A DNA stretch of 64,000 nucleotides from Candidatus Woykebacteria bacterium RBG_13_40_15 (lineage in GTDB: Bacteria; Patescibacteriota; Microgenomatia; Woykebacterales; RBG-16-39-9b): NCBI GenBank assembly GCA_001816655.1, contig MHCP01000030.1, forward strand, positions 5,623 to 69,622, in the 5' to 3' direction. This document shows, in pieces, positions 29,168-39,537 of the stretch. The position numbers and the translations under genes are program-made. A model generated the notes under the pieces. It saw only the letters and a list, made by a program, of their open reading frames with translations, ran no database searches and was not told where the DNA came from. Each line of letters opens with the position of its first letter. The first letter of the stretch is position 1.

Positions 29168-30388
29168 GTGCTGATTATGATTTCAATTGTCATTCCCACG
29201 TACAACGAGGAAAAAAGAATTAGTTCTTCTCTAGAGAAAGTAGTTTCATTCTTGAAAAACAGAGTCGAGGAATTCGAAATTATTGTGTCTGATGAAGGAA
29301 GCAGCGATAAGACAGGGGAAAAAGTCGAGGACTTTAAGGGAAGAATCAAAAACTTAAAGCTAATCAAAAGCGAGAGAAAGTCTTGGGCAAGAAAAGGGTT
29401 AGCCGTAAACAAAGGTGTTCTCGCGGCTAGTGGAGATATAATAGTTTTTACAGATGCCGATTTCTCAACACCAATCGAAGAAATCGACAAACTGTTATCC
29501 AAGTTAAATGCTGGGTACGATATTGCTATTGGCTCCCGCGCCCTGGATCGCTCAACTGTGAAAAGGCACCAAAATATTTTCCGCGAAACCATGGGAAGAA
29601 TTTTCAATATTCTAGTAAGAATTTTGACTGTAAGAGGTATTGTTGACACACAGTGCGGTTTCAAAGCCTTCAAACGATCCGCTGCGCGCGATCTTTTTGA
29701 ATCACAGCGAATTTTTGATTTTGGGTTTGATGTAGAGATACTTTTTCTCGCTCAACAAAGAAATTTAAAAATTGCTGAAGTACCAGTCCTTTGGTACAAC
29801 GATCCGACAAGTACTGTAAGTCCATTCAAGGACTCCCTAAATGCGTTTTTAGATCTAATCAAGATACGTTTATTTCACTCTAAGAAAAGTGGTTCTCTAT
29901 TGGATAAATTCTTCTACGCAATATTCAAATATCGAACCTTTTGGCGCTTTTCTATCGTTGGGTTGTCAAACACAGTGGTCGATTACGGGTTGTTCTTCGT
30001 CTTAACAAGTATCGTTTTCCTACCTCCTCTTGTTTCCAACCCAATTTCAGTTGAAACCGCGATTGTCTGGAGTTTTGTTTGGAATAATCTCTGGACTTTT
30101 TCAAAAAGACAAACCGAAAAGACTCTTATAAACCGCTTTTTCATATTCCAATTTGTTTCTCTCGGGGCTTTAATTCTTTCCCAAATTGGCCTTCTTATTC
30201 TAAATCAATTTTTTGGTGTTTATGCCCTCCTTGCAAAAGCAATAACAATACCAATTGTTTTGATATTTAACTATTTGCTAAACAGCCGCTGGACCTTCCG
30301 TGAAACAAGTACTGGGAAAGCAAATTGGTATATGTATGCGGCCTTCATTATTCTTCTATCAATTATCTATCTAGTTCTAGCTTTGTAA
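29168..30388 (+). CDS. GT2 glycosyltransferase fused to C-terminal GtrA-like membrane domain
   Basis: The N-terminus has ISIVIPTYNEEKRISSSLEKV, EIIVSDEGSSDKTGEKV and VFTDADFSTP. The C-terminus has four TM helices with the GtrA-like ending YLLNSRWTFRE. Confidence 0.85.
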   Translation: MLIMISIVIPTYNEEKRISSSLEKVVSFLKNRVEEFEIIVSDEGSSDKTGEKVEDFKGRIKNLKLIKSERKSWARKGLAVNKGVLAASGDIIVFTDADFSTPIEEIDKLLSKLNAGYDIAIGSRALDRSTVKRHQNIFRETMGRIFNILVRILTVRGIVDTQCGFKAFKRSAARDLFESQRIFDFGFDVEILFLAQQRNLKIAEVPVLWYNDPTSTVSPFKDSLNAFLDLIKIRLFHSKKSGSLLDKFFYAIFKYRTFWRFSIVGLSNTVVDYGLFFVLTSIVFLPPLVSNPISVETAIVWSFVWNNLWTFSKRQTEKTLINRFFIFQFVSLGALILSQIGLLILNQFFGVYALLAKAITIPIVLIFNYLLNSRWTFRETSTGKANWYMYAAFIILLSIIYLVLAL

Positions 30389-30562
30389 ATCAGTAGTAAT
30401 TGCTATCAGCCGATCGCTTTACACAAGTTATACAAGCTATATCAATAAAAATTACAAATAGTTTTCACTATTGACTAATCATATAAAAAACCGATAATAT
30501 TGTTGTAGTAAACTTCTGCCCATATCCCCCGACAAATCGGGGTGAAAGGGGGTGAAACACAC

Positions 30563-30949
30563 ATGGACCAACGCGCAATTCGCGCTGGTGTGGGCTCTTC
30601 GATTGTAGCTCTTCTTGTTGGAGCTACTCTAGGTACTTATGGTGGTTGGGCACCTGTATTCGACTTAGCATCAACTTCCCTCGGTTCTTGGCTGGTAGCA
30701 ATTGTTCTCGGTACAGTTTTGGCTTATATCTACGGCTACTGGTTCAACGCTTTTCTTCCTGGCACTACTGTAACTCGAGGTATAATTTTTGGGGTTTTAG
30801 CCTGGATTCTGATGCTAATCTTAGGCGGGGTCTCTGGTTTCTTCAAAGAAGCTACTTATCCAAACCCGGCCGGCCCAACAATATTCCTCACCCTATTACT
30901 CCATGTAGTTTGGGGCTCGATCTTGGGAATATTGTACGAAACTAGATAG
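30563..30949 (+). CDS. small polytopic membrane protein, hypothetical (GC-richer than surroundings)
   Basis: The internal Met at 30563, MDQRAIRAG, is preferred as the start because a GGGGG Shine-Dalgarno lies 9 nt upstream. A TTGACT-18-TAATAT promoter-like element lies at about 30471-30500. The product has four hydrophobic helices. Confidence 0.5.
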   Translation: MDQRAIRAGVGSSIVALLVGATLGTYGGWAPVFDLASTSLGSWLVAIVLGTVLAYIYGYWFNAFLPGTTVTRGIIFGVLAWILMLILGGVSGFFKEATYPNPAGPTIFLTLLLHVVWGSILGILYETR

Positions 30950-30993
30950 AAACGAAAAAGAAGCTTTTATAATCTTGTTTGAAAATGAAAGTG

Positions 30994-31032
30994 CCCACGA
31001 GACTTTTGTGGGCACTTTTAGTTGTCGGAAAA
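30994..31032 (+). terminator. intrinsic terminator
   Basis: An 8-bp stem of agtgcccac with gtgggcact has loop gagactttt and is followed by ttttag. It lies directly after the 30563..30949 gene. Confidence 0.55.
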
Positions 31033-31077
31033 ACCTCGAGAGAATTTGGAAGCTGTTTGATGCTATAATTTAGGACT

Positions 31078-32154
31078 ATGCAACCTTTGATCAATAAACT
31101 AAATACTTTACAAAAAAACCTCTCTAGTTTTGAGGAGAAATTAAATATAAGAGAGAAGAACTTGCAGTTAAACAAACTCTTGGCGGAAAGCGCAAAAAGC
31201 AATTTCTGGAAAGATATAGCAGAGGCAAACTCGGTTATGGAAAGGGTTTCTTTTTTGAAAAAAGAACTCGAGGAGGTTACAAGCCTAAAGAGCCGTATCT
31301 CAAACGCAATTGATCTGGCAAATCTTGGTTCCGGGAGTAATTTAGAAAACGATTTGGAGAAAGAGGCAGCGTATATTGAAGACGAATTCAAGAAAATTGA
31401 ATTTCATCTTTTTTTATCTGGAAAGTACGATGCAGGATCTGCAATTTTGGCGGTTCACTCAGGTCAAGGTGGTGTGGAAGCAATGGATTGGGCACAAATG
31501 TTACTTCGAATGTACCTGAGATTTTTTGAAAGACGTGGATGGAAAGCTAGTTTACTTTCTGAAACCAGAGGTGAAGAAGCAGGAATAAAGAGTGCTGCTG
31601 TTGAAGTTTCTGGCTACTACGCTTATGGGTTTTTGAAAAATGAAGCAGGAACTCACCGATTGGTAAGACAATCCCCTTTTAACGCCGATCGCTTAAGGCA
31701 GACTTCCTTTGCCTTAGTTGAAATACTACCAGTAATTGAAGGTATCAAAGAGGTAACAATCTCTCCTGATGATCTGGAAATCGAAACCTTTCGCTCTAGC
31801 GGGCCGGGCGGCCAAAACGTCCAAAAGGTAGAAACCGCCGTGCGAATCCGTCACATTCCAACCGGTATTGTTGTCTCAACTCAATCTGAACGATCGCAAG
31901 CACAAAATAAAGAAAATGCTCTCAAGCTACTCCGATCAAAAGTTTTTGCACTGAAGGAAGAGGAAAAGAAAACAGAGAAAAAGAAGTTAAAAGGAGGGTT
32001 TAAGATAGCCTCCTGGGGAAACCAAATAAGAAGCTACGTCCTCCACCCTTACAAAATGGTAAAGGATTTACGCACAAAAATAGAAAGCAGGGACCCATTC
32101 GCCGTACTTGATGGAGATTTAGACAAATTTATCGAAGCCGAAATCAAGCTCTAA
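31078..32154 (+). CDS. prfB: peptide chain release factor 2
   Basis: The GGQ motif is in SGPGGQNVQKVETAVRIRHIPTGIVVSTQSERSQAQNKENALKLL. The upstream SPF-like region is consistent with RF2. The ORF is continuous, so no programmed +1 frameshift is needed here. Confidence 0.9.
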   Translation: MQPLINKLNTLQKNLSSFEEKLNIREKNLQLNKLLAESAKSNFWKDIAEANSVMERVSFLKKELEEVTSLKSRISNAIDLANLGSGSNLENDLEKEAAYIEDEFKKIEFHLFLSGKYDAGSAILAVHSGQGGVEAMDWAQMLLRMYLRFFERRGWKASLLSETRGEEAGIKSAAVEVSGYYAYGFLKNEAGTHRLVRQSPFNADRLRQTSFALVEILPVIEGIKEVTISPDDLEIETFRSSGPGGQNVQKVETAVRIRHIPTGIVVSTQSERSQAQNKENALKLLRSKVFALKEEEKKTEKKKLKGGFKIASWGNQIRSYVLHPYKMVKDLRTKIESRDPFAVLDGDLDKFIEAEIKL

Positions 32155-32228
32155 ATTAGTGACATGCAACAGGTAACAAGTTGGCAAAGTACAATTGAAA
32201 TCTGAAATCTTTTTACTTTTGACTTTCA

Positions 32229-33380
32229 CTATTGGATGTGCCCGTATACTGTTCTCCAACCATTGTAATGTTCTATGGTGATCCATTTCCCTGGAACGCT
32301 ACCAGTAATTCCAGGAACACCAGGGCAACCATTATCAGTGTTTAAGTAAGCTACTCCATCAGCCGCTGCCAAAATTGGGGCTCCATAATAACTGTACATA
32401 TCGATACCGTTGTGGGGAGGAATAAAGGGAGACCACTGCTGACCATAATACTGGCTAATTGTGTACCCAGTCATTGGCCAACTAATACTTCCCGAATTTA
32501 AATAAGGCAGTGGATTAACGTGGCTGTTTGGGGACGCTGATAAGTATAGACCAAAATGTAAATGGCTTCCAGTTGAACAGCCAGTGTTTCCTTGAGAAGC
32601 GATGTACTCCCCCCTTCTTACAGGCCCTAGCCGAACACCGCCCCCACCCAAAAGTCTTGCAATTGTCGCAATTTCATTTTGTACCTGGGCCAACATTCCT
32701 TGATAAACACGCTCATCATTCTTTGTAGCACTTAAAAGATAGTTTTTAGAACTTTCTTCTGATGATAAGTTTGCTTTTTCAGTTTCTAGATTCGCCTTGA
32801 GGCTTTCTTCTTTGGCTTTTTTATCTTCAAGTTCATTTTTTTGTTGGCTGTAATCGTTCTTCAAACTATCTAGTTGATGCAAAAGCTCAAGATCAGAATT
32901 TCTAATCGCCTCTAGGTATTTTTTCTTGGTTAGAAAATCGTTAAAGCTTGAAGACCCTAAAAATCTGTTTAGAGACCCCGAAAAGCTTTCCATGTAAAGC
33001 TGTCGTAGCCGTGTATTTGCAACCTCTGTTGAAAAATCTAGATTGTTTTTTGTCTCTTCAAGTTTCCCTGAAACAGTACCGATATCTCCAACGAGTTGTT
33101 CGAGCCGGTTTTCAGTTTCTTCAATTTTCAATTTCGTAAGTTCGATTTGATTTTCCAAATAAGAGATTTCGGAAGCAAGGGTTTTCTCTTTTGCTTGTGC
33201 GTCAGAAAGTTTCCGTCGCAACTCTTCTTGTTTACGTAAATTTTCATTCAATTGATCAATCAAAGACCCGTGGGGTAATTCGCTCCCCGACGAGGAAACA
33301 CTAACGCTGTAGGCAAACGCGTTTGGAGACAGAATTGTTATTAAAGTTAGAAGGATTACAAAAATGTAGCGCTTTAACAT
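32229..33380 (-). CDS. M23 family metallopeptidase with N-terminal coiled-coil (EnvC-like activator of cell separation)
   Basis: The N-terminus has a signal peptide. A long heptad-like coiled-coil region is rich in E, K and L. The C-terminal M23 core contains GSHLHFGLY and IEHYNGWRTVYGHI. Confidence 0.8.
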   Translation of the reverse strand: MLKRYIFVILLTLITILSPNAFAYSVSVSSSGSELPHGSLIDQLNENLRKQEELRRKLSDAQAKEKTLASEISYLENQIELTKLKIEETENRLEQLVGDIGTVSGKLEETKNNLDFSTEVANTRLRQLYMESFSGSLNRFLGSSSFNDFLTKKKYLEAIRNSDLELLHQLDSLKNDYSQQKNELEDKKAKEESLKANLETEKANLSSEESSKNYLLSATKNDERVYQGMLAQVQNEIATIARLLGGGGVRLGPVRRGEYIASQGNTGCSTGSHLHFGLYLSASPNSHVNPLPYLNSGSISWPMTGYTISQYYGQQWSPFIPPHNGIDMYSYYGAPILAAADGVAYLNTDNGCPGVPGITGSVPGKWITIEHYNGWRTVYGHIQ

Positions 33381-33385
33381 ATTTA

Positions 33386-34267
33386 TTAGGAAGACAGATA
33401 TTTTCTAGTCGCCACAAACGAACCAATTATCCCAATTGTAGCTCCAATCAAAAATTCCCCAAGTAGAAGATATATAAAAATTAGAGGAGCGCTTGGCAAA
33501 ATATCGATCCCTGCGAAAGTTCTATGCAGAGTAGGTGAGGCCCAAAGGAAAAATGAAAATAAGAGCATAGCAGCAACTAACCCACTAAAAACTCCGTAAA
33601 AGACCCCTTCCAAGATAAATGGCGTACGGATGTACCAACTAGTCGCTCCAACAAGTCTCATAATCTCAATCTCATCTTTATGAATAGAGATATTTAGACC
33701 AATTACAATTAGGGTGATAAGAAACGAGGTTAAAAGCAAAAAGATCACTACCCCAATGCCTACAAGGCGAATTGTGTTGGACCATTTTGTAAGGGTGTTG
33801 ACTATGTCTTTTTCGAAAACTACCTCTTCCACTGACGACTCTTTTTTAAGAACTTCCGCAACTTTTGAAAGATCTGCTAGTTTATATGTCGAAACTTCAA
33901 TACTCGCCGGTAAAATATCACTTGTAACAAACTGGGTGAGAAGGGGTTCATTTTTGTTCCTCTCTTTATAAATCCTCAAAGCCTCCTCTTTAGAAACATA
34001 TTTAGTTTTGGAAACTACTCCGCTGTCGGAAAGTGTCTGTTGAATCTTTTTCACTTGGTCGCCGGTAGTATTATCTTTCAAAAAGGCTGTTACTTCGGGT
34101 CGCGATTCAAAATAGTGAAGGAGTGCCCCTGAGGCTACAGTTACCAAGACAAATGCACCACAAATAAAGAAAGCTGAAAACATCACAAGGACTGCTGCTA
34201 ACGCATTAGAAGGGTTTCGAAAAATTCTCTGTATTGCAACTTTTATTAATCGAGGAAACTTTATCAT
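33386..34267 (-). CDS. ftsX: cell division permease FtsX
   Basis: It has four TM helices with a periplasmic loop. It directly follows ftsE with a 4-nt overlap. Confidence 0.85.
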   Translation of the reverse strand: MIKFPRLIKVAIQRIFRNPSNALAAVLVMFSAFFICGAFVLVTVASGALLHYFESRPEVTAFLKDNTTGDQVKKIQQTLSDSGVVSKTKYVSKEEALRIYKERNKNEPLLTQFVTSDILPASIEVSTYKLADLSKVAEVLKKESSVEEVVFEKDIVNTLTKWSNTIRLVGIGVVIFLLLTSFLITLIVIGLNISIHKDEIEIMRLVGATSWYIRTPFILEGVFYGVFSGLVAAMLLFSFFLWASPTLHRTFAGIDILPSAPLIFIYLLLGEFLIGATIGIIGSFVATRKYLSS

Positions 34268-34962
34268 TTTTCCTTTTCTTTCTTTGAGGCTCCTTTAGTT
34301 TTTTGTTTTGTGTCTCTTACTAATCTACCTCTCTGTAGCTCTAATTTTCGGTGAGGCAAACTAGAAGAAATATCAACGTTGTGAGTTGCCATAACTACTG
34401 TTGTTCCTAAACTATTAAGTTTAGCTAATAGTTGCATCACTTCCCATGCGCTACCTGAATCAAGATTGCCGGTTGGTTCATCGGCCAAAATTATCTCGGG
34501 GCGGAGAACCATTGCCCTAGCAATCGCTGTACGTTGCAGCTCACCACCGGAAAGCTGATCTGGGAAATTTGCTGCTTTTGAATTTAAATCAACTAATCTC
34601 AATATCTCATCTGTTGTTTTTTCTATCTCATCGTCTGGTAATCCTAAAATTTCCAAGGGAAATGAGACATTTTCGAATACTGTTCTCTGGGGAAGAAGTT
34701 TGAAATCTTGAAATATTGTACCTACTTTTCGGCGCAAATGAGGAACACCAGAGGAGGGGATTTTTGACACTTCTTCACCGTCTACAAAAAGCGAACCTTC
34801 AGTCGGTAGCTCTTCCCGAATAATCAATTTAAGAAGTGTGGATTTACCAGCCCCTGAAGGGCCAACTAGAAAAACGAACTCCCCTCCTTCAATATCAAGA
34901 GAAAAATCGGCTAAAGCTTTGACACCATCATATTGTTTTGAAACTTCGTTAAAGACAATCAT
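34264..34962 (-). CDS. ftsE: cell division ATP-binding protein FtsE
   Basis: The Walker A is GPSGAGKST, the ABC signature is LSGGELQR and the Walker B is [11 protein letters not shown]. Confidence 0.9.
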   Translation of the reverse strand: MIVFNEVSKQYDGVKALADFSLDIEGGEFVFLVGPSGAGKSTLLKLIIREELPTEGSLFVDGEEVSKIPSSGVPHLRRKVGTIFQDFKLLPQRTVFENVSFPLEILGLPDDEIEKTTDEILRLVDLNSKAANFPDQLSGGELQRTAIARAMVLRPEIILADEPTGNLDSGSAWEVMQLLAKLNSLGTTVVMATHNVDISSSLPHRKLELQRGRLVRDTKQKTKGASKKEKEK

Positions 34963-35087
34963 CGGGCAAGACCCTCAAAAGACCTATCTGTAGGTTTAAG
35001 GATATCAAATAACAGGCTAAAAAGCAACCTTATAGAACTAAAAAATCACTTGACTTGCCCCTTTTTTAATAATATCCTTTTCGCTAA

Positions 35088-36200
35088 ATGCCTGCTTTGC
35101 TTGCCCTAATACTACTTTTAATAATTCCTAAGCCTACTTATGCTTCCAGCTCGGATATAGTTTTTAACGAGATCTTTCCACATCCCGAAACTGGTTCTAA
35201 AGAATGGATCGAGCTCTATAATAATTCTTCGCTAGAAGTCAATTTAAGCAGCTGGAAAATATTCGATAATACAATGAATGCTGAAAAAAGCAATCCTATA
35301 ATTAAACTTGCTGACGAAACTAAAATAGGTGCGAAGAGTTTCTTAATACTGGAGCTTTCAGCAGCGAAACTTAATAACGATGGTGATAATTTAACATTAA
35401 TTACCAATAATGATAGCTTTGTCAGCAGTTGTGAATACACTGGTTCTGAGTTAGATAAATCTCACGCCCTAATACCGGACGGGATAGGAATTTTGCTACC
35501 TGGTAAAACTCCAACGAAAGGGTATTCAAATGGAGCTAACAATCCTGCCCCACCTACAATACCAAAAACCGGAAACATTATCTTGAGTGAATTTATGCCT
35601 TATCCGGCTGATAATGATGAGTGGGTAGAAATTTATAACTTGGAATTTTTTGACATTGATATCGGCGGCTGGAAAATAGATGATATTGAAGGGGGCTCTT
35701 CTCCATTTCCTATACCAGAAGGAACGATCATTGGGGCAAAAAGCTACAGGGTTTTTTCTTTTTCTTCCAAACTAAACAACGCCGGCGACACAGTACGTTT
35801 GATAAATTCTACTGGGAAAGTCTTGGAGACTTACACTTACGAAAAGGCGGTTGAGGAAGTCTCTTTTGCGAAAGACTCTAGTGGTAGCTGGCAATTAACT
35901 ACCACACCAACTCCACTATCAGGAAACAGAATAACTCAATTAAACCCAACTAATGAATCGGATGAAGGTACGAAAAACAAGAAAAAAACAACCTCCAAAA
36001 CAGAAGGAAAAAGCAAACAATCTACCTTAAGTAGTTTAAAAAATAATTCTAATGATAGCGGAAACATAGCCGGTGCAACCAATACGAAGCAATCTAATCA
36101 CAAACTATCAACGTTGATAACCGCAGTTGGTTTCTCCTTGTTAATATCATCTGCCGCTTATCCTTTTGTTAAAAAGCAATTTTTGAACGAACATCACTAA
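35088..36200 (+). CDS. surface protein with two lamin-tail domains (LTD) and C-terminal membrane anchor
   Basis: After a signal peptide come two LTD-like units, IVFNEIFPHPETGSKEWIELYNNSSLEVNLSSWKIFD and IILSEFMPYPADNDEWVEIYNLEFFDIDIGGWKIDD. A low-complexity S/T/K/N linker and a C-terminal hydrophobic segment follow. Confidence 0.7.
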   Translation: MPALLALILLLIIPKPTYASSSDIVFNEIFPHPETGSKEWIELYNNSSLEVNLSSWKIFDNTMNAEKSNPIIKLADETKIGAKSFLILELSAAKLNNDGDNLTLITNNDSFVSSCEYTGSELDKSHALIPDGIGILLPGKTPTKGYSNGANNPAPPTIPKTGNIILSEFMPYPADNDEWVEIYNLEFFDIDIGGWKIDDIEGGSSPFPIPEGTIIGAKSYRVFSFSSKLNNAGDTVRLINSTGKVLETYTYEKAVEEVSFAKDSSGSWQLTTTPTPLSGNRITQLNPTNESDEGTKNKKKTTSKTEGKSKQSTLSSLKNNSNDSGNIAGATNTKQSNHKLSTLITAVGFSLLISSAAYPFVKKQFLNEHH

Positions 36201-36226
36201 AAGCTACTTTCTGTTAAAATCTTAAT

Positions 36227-36667
36227 GTGGAAATAATTACAAACTCTGCTGAAGAAACAAGAAGTTTTGCAAAAAAAATATCTAAAAACTTGAAGCCAGG
36301 GAATATCTTATCTCTATACGGATCTCTCGGTGCTGGCAAAACCACCTTTATACAAGGCTTGGCACAAGGTCTAGGTTTCAGGCAGAGAGTCTTTTCGCCT
36401 ACTTTTGTAATTGCTCGCCCATACAAAATTGAACAAGGTAACATAAAAACCTTATATCATATAGATCTCTACCGCCTGGAAGGGGTAGGAGACATTGAAA
36501 ATACCGGAATAGAAGAGCTTTTGCTGGATAAAGAAGCCGTATCTACCATTGAGTGGCCTGAAAAAATCGAAAAATGGCTGCCGAAGAAGGCTATAAAGGT
36601 ACGATTGGAAACTCTTGGTAAAGAAAAGAGAAAAATTACCGTAGATCTACCAAACTCGCGGCTCTAA
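36227..36667 (+). CDS. tsaE: tRNA threonylcarbamoyladenosine biosynthesis ATPase TsaE
   Basis: The P-loop is LSLYGSLGAGKTTFIQGLAQGLG. The product is 146 aa, which matches the size of the YjeE family. Confidence 0.8.
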   Translation: MEIITNSAEETRSFAKKISKNLKPGNILSLYGSLGAGKTTFIQGLAQGLGFRQRVFSPTFVIARPYKIEQGNIKTLYHIDLYRLEGVGDIENTGIEELLLDKEAVSTIEWPEKIEKWLPKKAIKVRLETLGKEKRKITVDLPNSRL

Positions 36668-37781
36668 CTAAAAGAAAATCGCAAATTTGTAAAAGATAGT
36701 TTTTGCCCTCTTCTGCTAATTTTGAAGCTGTCATTACTCCTCTAGCTTGGTTTATCAGTTCTCTCGCTAGAGTATCTGAGTATTTCAAGGAACCAGTAGA
36801 TTTTATTATTTCTCGAACCTTTTCTATTTGCCCCTCACTTGCTTTTTTGTTGCCAACTACTTTATTTAAAACCGACTTTTCCAAAAGGTTGGTAAGTTCA
36901 TAAGCTTTTATTATTAAAAGGGTTTTCTTCCCTTCTTTAATATCTGAATCTACTGATTTACCAATTTCTTCTTCTTTTCCGAAAGTCCCAAGGATATCGT
37001 CCTGAATCTGAAAAGCTTGTCCAAGTGGCACCCCATAGGCAGAAAAAATCTGAAAATATTTCTCATCAGCCCCGGCCAGCGCAGCTCCAATGTGAAGTGG
37101 CCGCTCGATTGTATATTTGGCTGTTTTATATTCTAGAATTTTCAAGACATCTGCTTCGGAAATTTGTTTTTTAAATTGCGAAATAACATCCAGATGCTCA
37201 CCATAAGCAGTCTGTTGCTTCATTGCGTTGTAGTAAATTTTGGCGCGGCGAATTCTCTCGGCAGGGAAAGGAGCACTATCAAGCAACTCGTCCGCAAAAG
37301 AAAAGGCTAAATCTCCTGCTAGAATTGCCGCAGAGATACCAAATCTCTGAGAGTCGCCTGAAAAATTGCGGTTTTGGTGAAATTTATCAAAAGCAATGTG
37401 CGCTGTGGGTTGGCCGCGCCGCAAATTCGATTCATCAATAATATCGTCATGAATTATTGCAAAGGTGTGCCAGAGTTCTAAAGCAGCAGAAGCATATAAT
37501 ATCGCCTCGTGGGAACGCCCACCGCTAGCTACGTAAGCAGCGTAGGCAAACGCCGAACGTATTTTTTTACCTCCCGCTCCAACCATTCTTCTGATTTCTT
37601 CAACCAAAACAACGGCCTCCGGGTGAACTTCCGATGCTTCTCTTATCTTTTCGTCGAAATACTCTTCCAAAAAAGGTTCGATTTCTTTTTTAAACCAAGC
37701 GAGAAATTCACTTGCCTTCTTTCCGGAAGTTTCAAGTGATCTGTCGATATAAAGCTCGGGGTATAAAAAAGGTTCTACCAT
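36636..37781 (-). CDS. polyprenyl diphosphate synthase (trans-isoprenyl transferase family)
   Basis: The first DDxxD is FAIIHDDIID and the second is FQIQDDILG. Confidence 0.85.
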   Translation of the reverse strand: MVEPFLYPELYIDRSLETSGKKASEFLAWFKKEIEPFLEEYFDEKIREASEVHPEAVVLVEEIRRMVGAGGKKIRSAFAYAAYVASGGRSHEAILYASAALELWHTFAIIHDDIIDESNLRRGQPTAHIAFDKFHQNRNFSGDSQRFGISAAILAGDLAFSFADELLDSAPFPAERIRRAKIYYNAMKQQTAYGEHLDVISQFKKQISEADVLKILEYKTAKYTIERPLHIGAALAGADEKYFQIFSAYGVPLGQAFQIQDDILGTFGKEEEIGKSVDSDIKEGKKTLLIIKAYELTNLLEKSVLNKVVGNKKASEGQIEKVREIIKSTGSLKYSDTLARELINQARGVMTASKLAEEGKNYLLQICDFLLVRAASLVDLR

Positions 37782-37908
37782 AAGTACCAGCTATATTTAC
37801 ATAATAGTAAGCAGGCAAGTCTATCTGCTTATTTTAGCACAAATTTAATTTCAATAAAACGGATTTTAATCTTTACAAAGTTGATCGTTTTCTAAAAATG
37901 GTTTATTA

Positions 37909-38616
37909 TTGCCCTCTATGGAAGACCCAACAATCATTTCTCTTGGCGGCTCTTTAATCGTACCAAAAGAGTTTACCAACCCAACAACTGTGGATACCTC
38001 TTTTTTGAAAAATTTCAGACAAATAATTTTAGACTTTGCAGGCAAAGGAAAGTCTTTTTTTATCATAGCCGGCGGTGGTAAGACTTGCCGAAATTACCAG
38101 GAAGCAGCTAAGCAAATTGTAGAACTTTCAGTCACCGAACTTGATTGGCTCGGAATAGCCGCAACCCATCTCAATGGAAGCCTTTTGAAAACACTTTTCA
38201 AGGAAAACGTTTTTCCAAAAGTAATAACTTCTTATGACAAAAAGGAGGAGATTAAGGAATCTTTGGCGGTTGGTGCTGGTTGGGAACCAGGCCATTCAAC
38301 TGACTTTGATGCTTGTTTAGTAGCTGAAATATATAGTAGCCACACTGTAATAAATATGTCCGATGTTTCTTTTGTTTACGATAAAGATCCAAGATCTTCT
38401 CCAGACGCTAAACCGCAAAAAAATCTTAACTGGGACCAGTATCTTACAATTGTTGGAGAAACCTGGGTTGCTGGCAAAAATTTTCCCTTTGACCCTGTAG
38501 CAGCTAAAAAAGCAAGAGAACTTGGAATAAAAGTGGTAATAATAAAGGGTCAAGATTTGCAAAACTTCCAAAATTTCCTCGAAGGCAAAGATTTTGAAGG
38601 GACAACTATCACTTAA
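37909..38616 (+). CDS. pyrH: uridylate kinase, archaeal-type (amino-acid-kinase fold)
   Basis: ISLGGSLIVPKE, FFIIAGGGKTCRNY, GAGWEPGHSTD and VSFVYDKDPRSSPDAKP align with the motifs of archaeal-type UMP kinase. Confidence 0.65.
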   Translation: MPSMEDPTIISLGGSLIVPKEFTNPTTVDTSFLKNFRQIILDFAGKGKSFFIIAGGGKTCRNYQEAAKQIVELSVTELDWLGIAATHLNGSLLKTLFKENVFPKVITSYDKKEEIKESLAVGAGWEPGHSTDFDACLVAEIYSSHTVINMSDVSFVYDKDPRSSPDAKPQKNLNWDQYLTIVGETWVAGKNFPFDPVAAKKARELGIKVVIIKGQDLQNFQNFLEGKDFEGTTIT

Positions 38617-38685
38617 AATGTAGAAGCGCCGCTGGTTTGCGACGCTTCAAGCTCTTAAATGCTAACTAATACTGCCTCCTTTGCC

Positions 38686-39537
38686 CTAAGGCGCCTCATT
38701 TTCCAGCTTAGAGATCCGTAGCTTGACATCCGATGGCTCTTCGAAGCCGTCAATACTCACCAGATGAAACTCGCGGACCTCCGTTTCCATACAGAGGAAA
38801 TCTGTTGAGAGAATCAGGCCGTATTCGATGTTCACGGTCTGACTCCCTGGCTGGATCTCAAACTCCCAGTTTCCCTCCACAGTCTCAGGTGGGTACCAAT
38901 GAAGGATGGGGAGCCCAGAGGCCTCACCACACCTGCTCTCATCGACCGGGTCGGTAGGGGGTAGGAAAGTATCGAACGACACGTACACTTCTACCTTATG
39001 GGCCTCTTGAGTCGGGTTCTCTACTTGGATCGGTATAGCTAGGATTCGTTCATCCTCGTAACCCCTACCCCTCATATTAGGGTTAGACGACTCCTCGGTC
39101 GTTATGAACTTTGGAGCAAGCGGAGTGAGCCCCATTCTGTCGAAGGCTTCCAAGACGTCCCGAAGTCTTATGATCTCATCTCTTCTCTTGGCTTCGTCGG
39201 GAAGCATCTTGAACTCACTTAAGGGGGAAGGCACGGGGTTGCTACCTCCCGGCCATGTAACAGTAATGGTGGCTCCCTTTTTCCACCACCCATCGCTATC
39301 CTGGAACTCCCCAGAAATAGCTGCTGTCACGGACATGATATTATCCGTGTAGTCGATCGTTACCTCCCTGTTTGGCTCGGGAATCTTGCCTTCGACCTCC
39401 TTTATGATCAGTTCTTTCGCCTGCGCGAGCCTTCCCTCAGAAGTCTTTGGCATGCTTGCCTTACTACTATCACAGCCGCATCCTACCAATGCGGCAGCCA
39501 TAAGGATCAAGGAAAAACCTGCTAATAGCGTTCTCAC
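38686..39537 (-). CDS. lipoprotein, hypothetical (GC-rich island gene)
   Basis: The lipobox is LILMAAALVGC. GC is markedly higher than in the flanks. Confidence 0.55.
   Translation of the reverse strand: MRTLLAGFSLILMAAALVGCGCDSSKASMPKTSEGRLAQAKELIIKEVEGKIPEPNREVTIDYTDNIMSVTAAISGEFQDSDGWWKKGATITVTWPGGSNPVPSPLSEFKMLPDEAKRRDEIIRLRDVLEAFDRMGLTPLAPKFITTEESSNPNMRGRGYEDERILAIPIQVENPTQEAHKVEVYVSFDTFLPPTDPVDESRCGEASGLPILHWYPPETVEGNWEFEIQPGSQTVNIEYGLILSTDFLCMETEVREFHLVSIDGFEEPSDVKLRISKLENEAP

Noticed and set aside
29068-29673. 201-aa minus-strand ORF overlapping the start of the GT2-GtrA gene
   Set aside because: It lies antisense to a well-supported glycosyltransferase with clear motifs. It has no motif of its own and a low-complexity S/L-rich translation. 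It is most likely a shadow ORF.
30942-31391. 149-aa minus-strand ORF overlapping prfB
   Set aside because: It lies antisense to the RF2 gene, which has the GGQ motif. The translation is repetitive and Ser/Phe-rich. It is a shadow ORF.
31078-32154. Programmed +1 frameshift in prfB
   Set aside because: The RF2 reading frame is continuous from a plausible N-terminus. No in-frame UGA or frameshift site is evident. This genome seems to encode RF2 without the autoregulatory frameshift.
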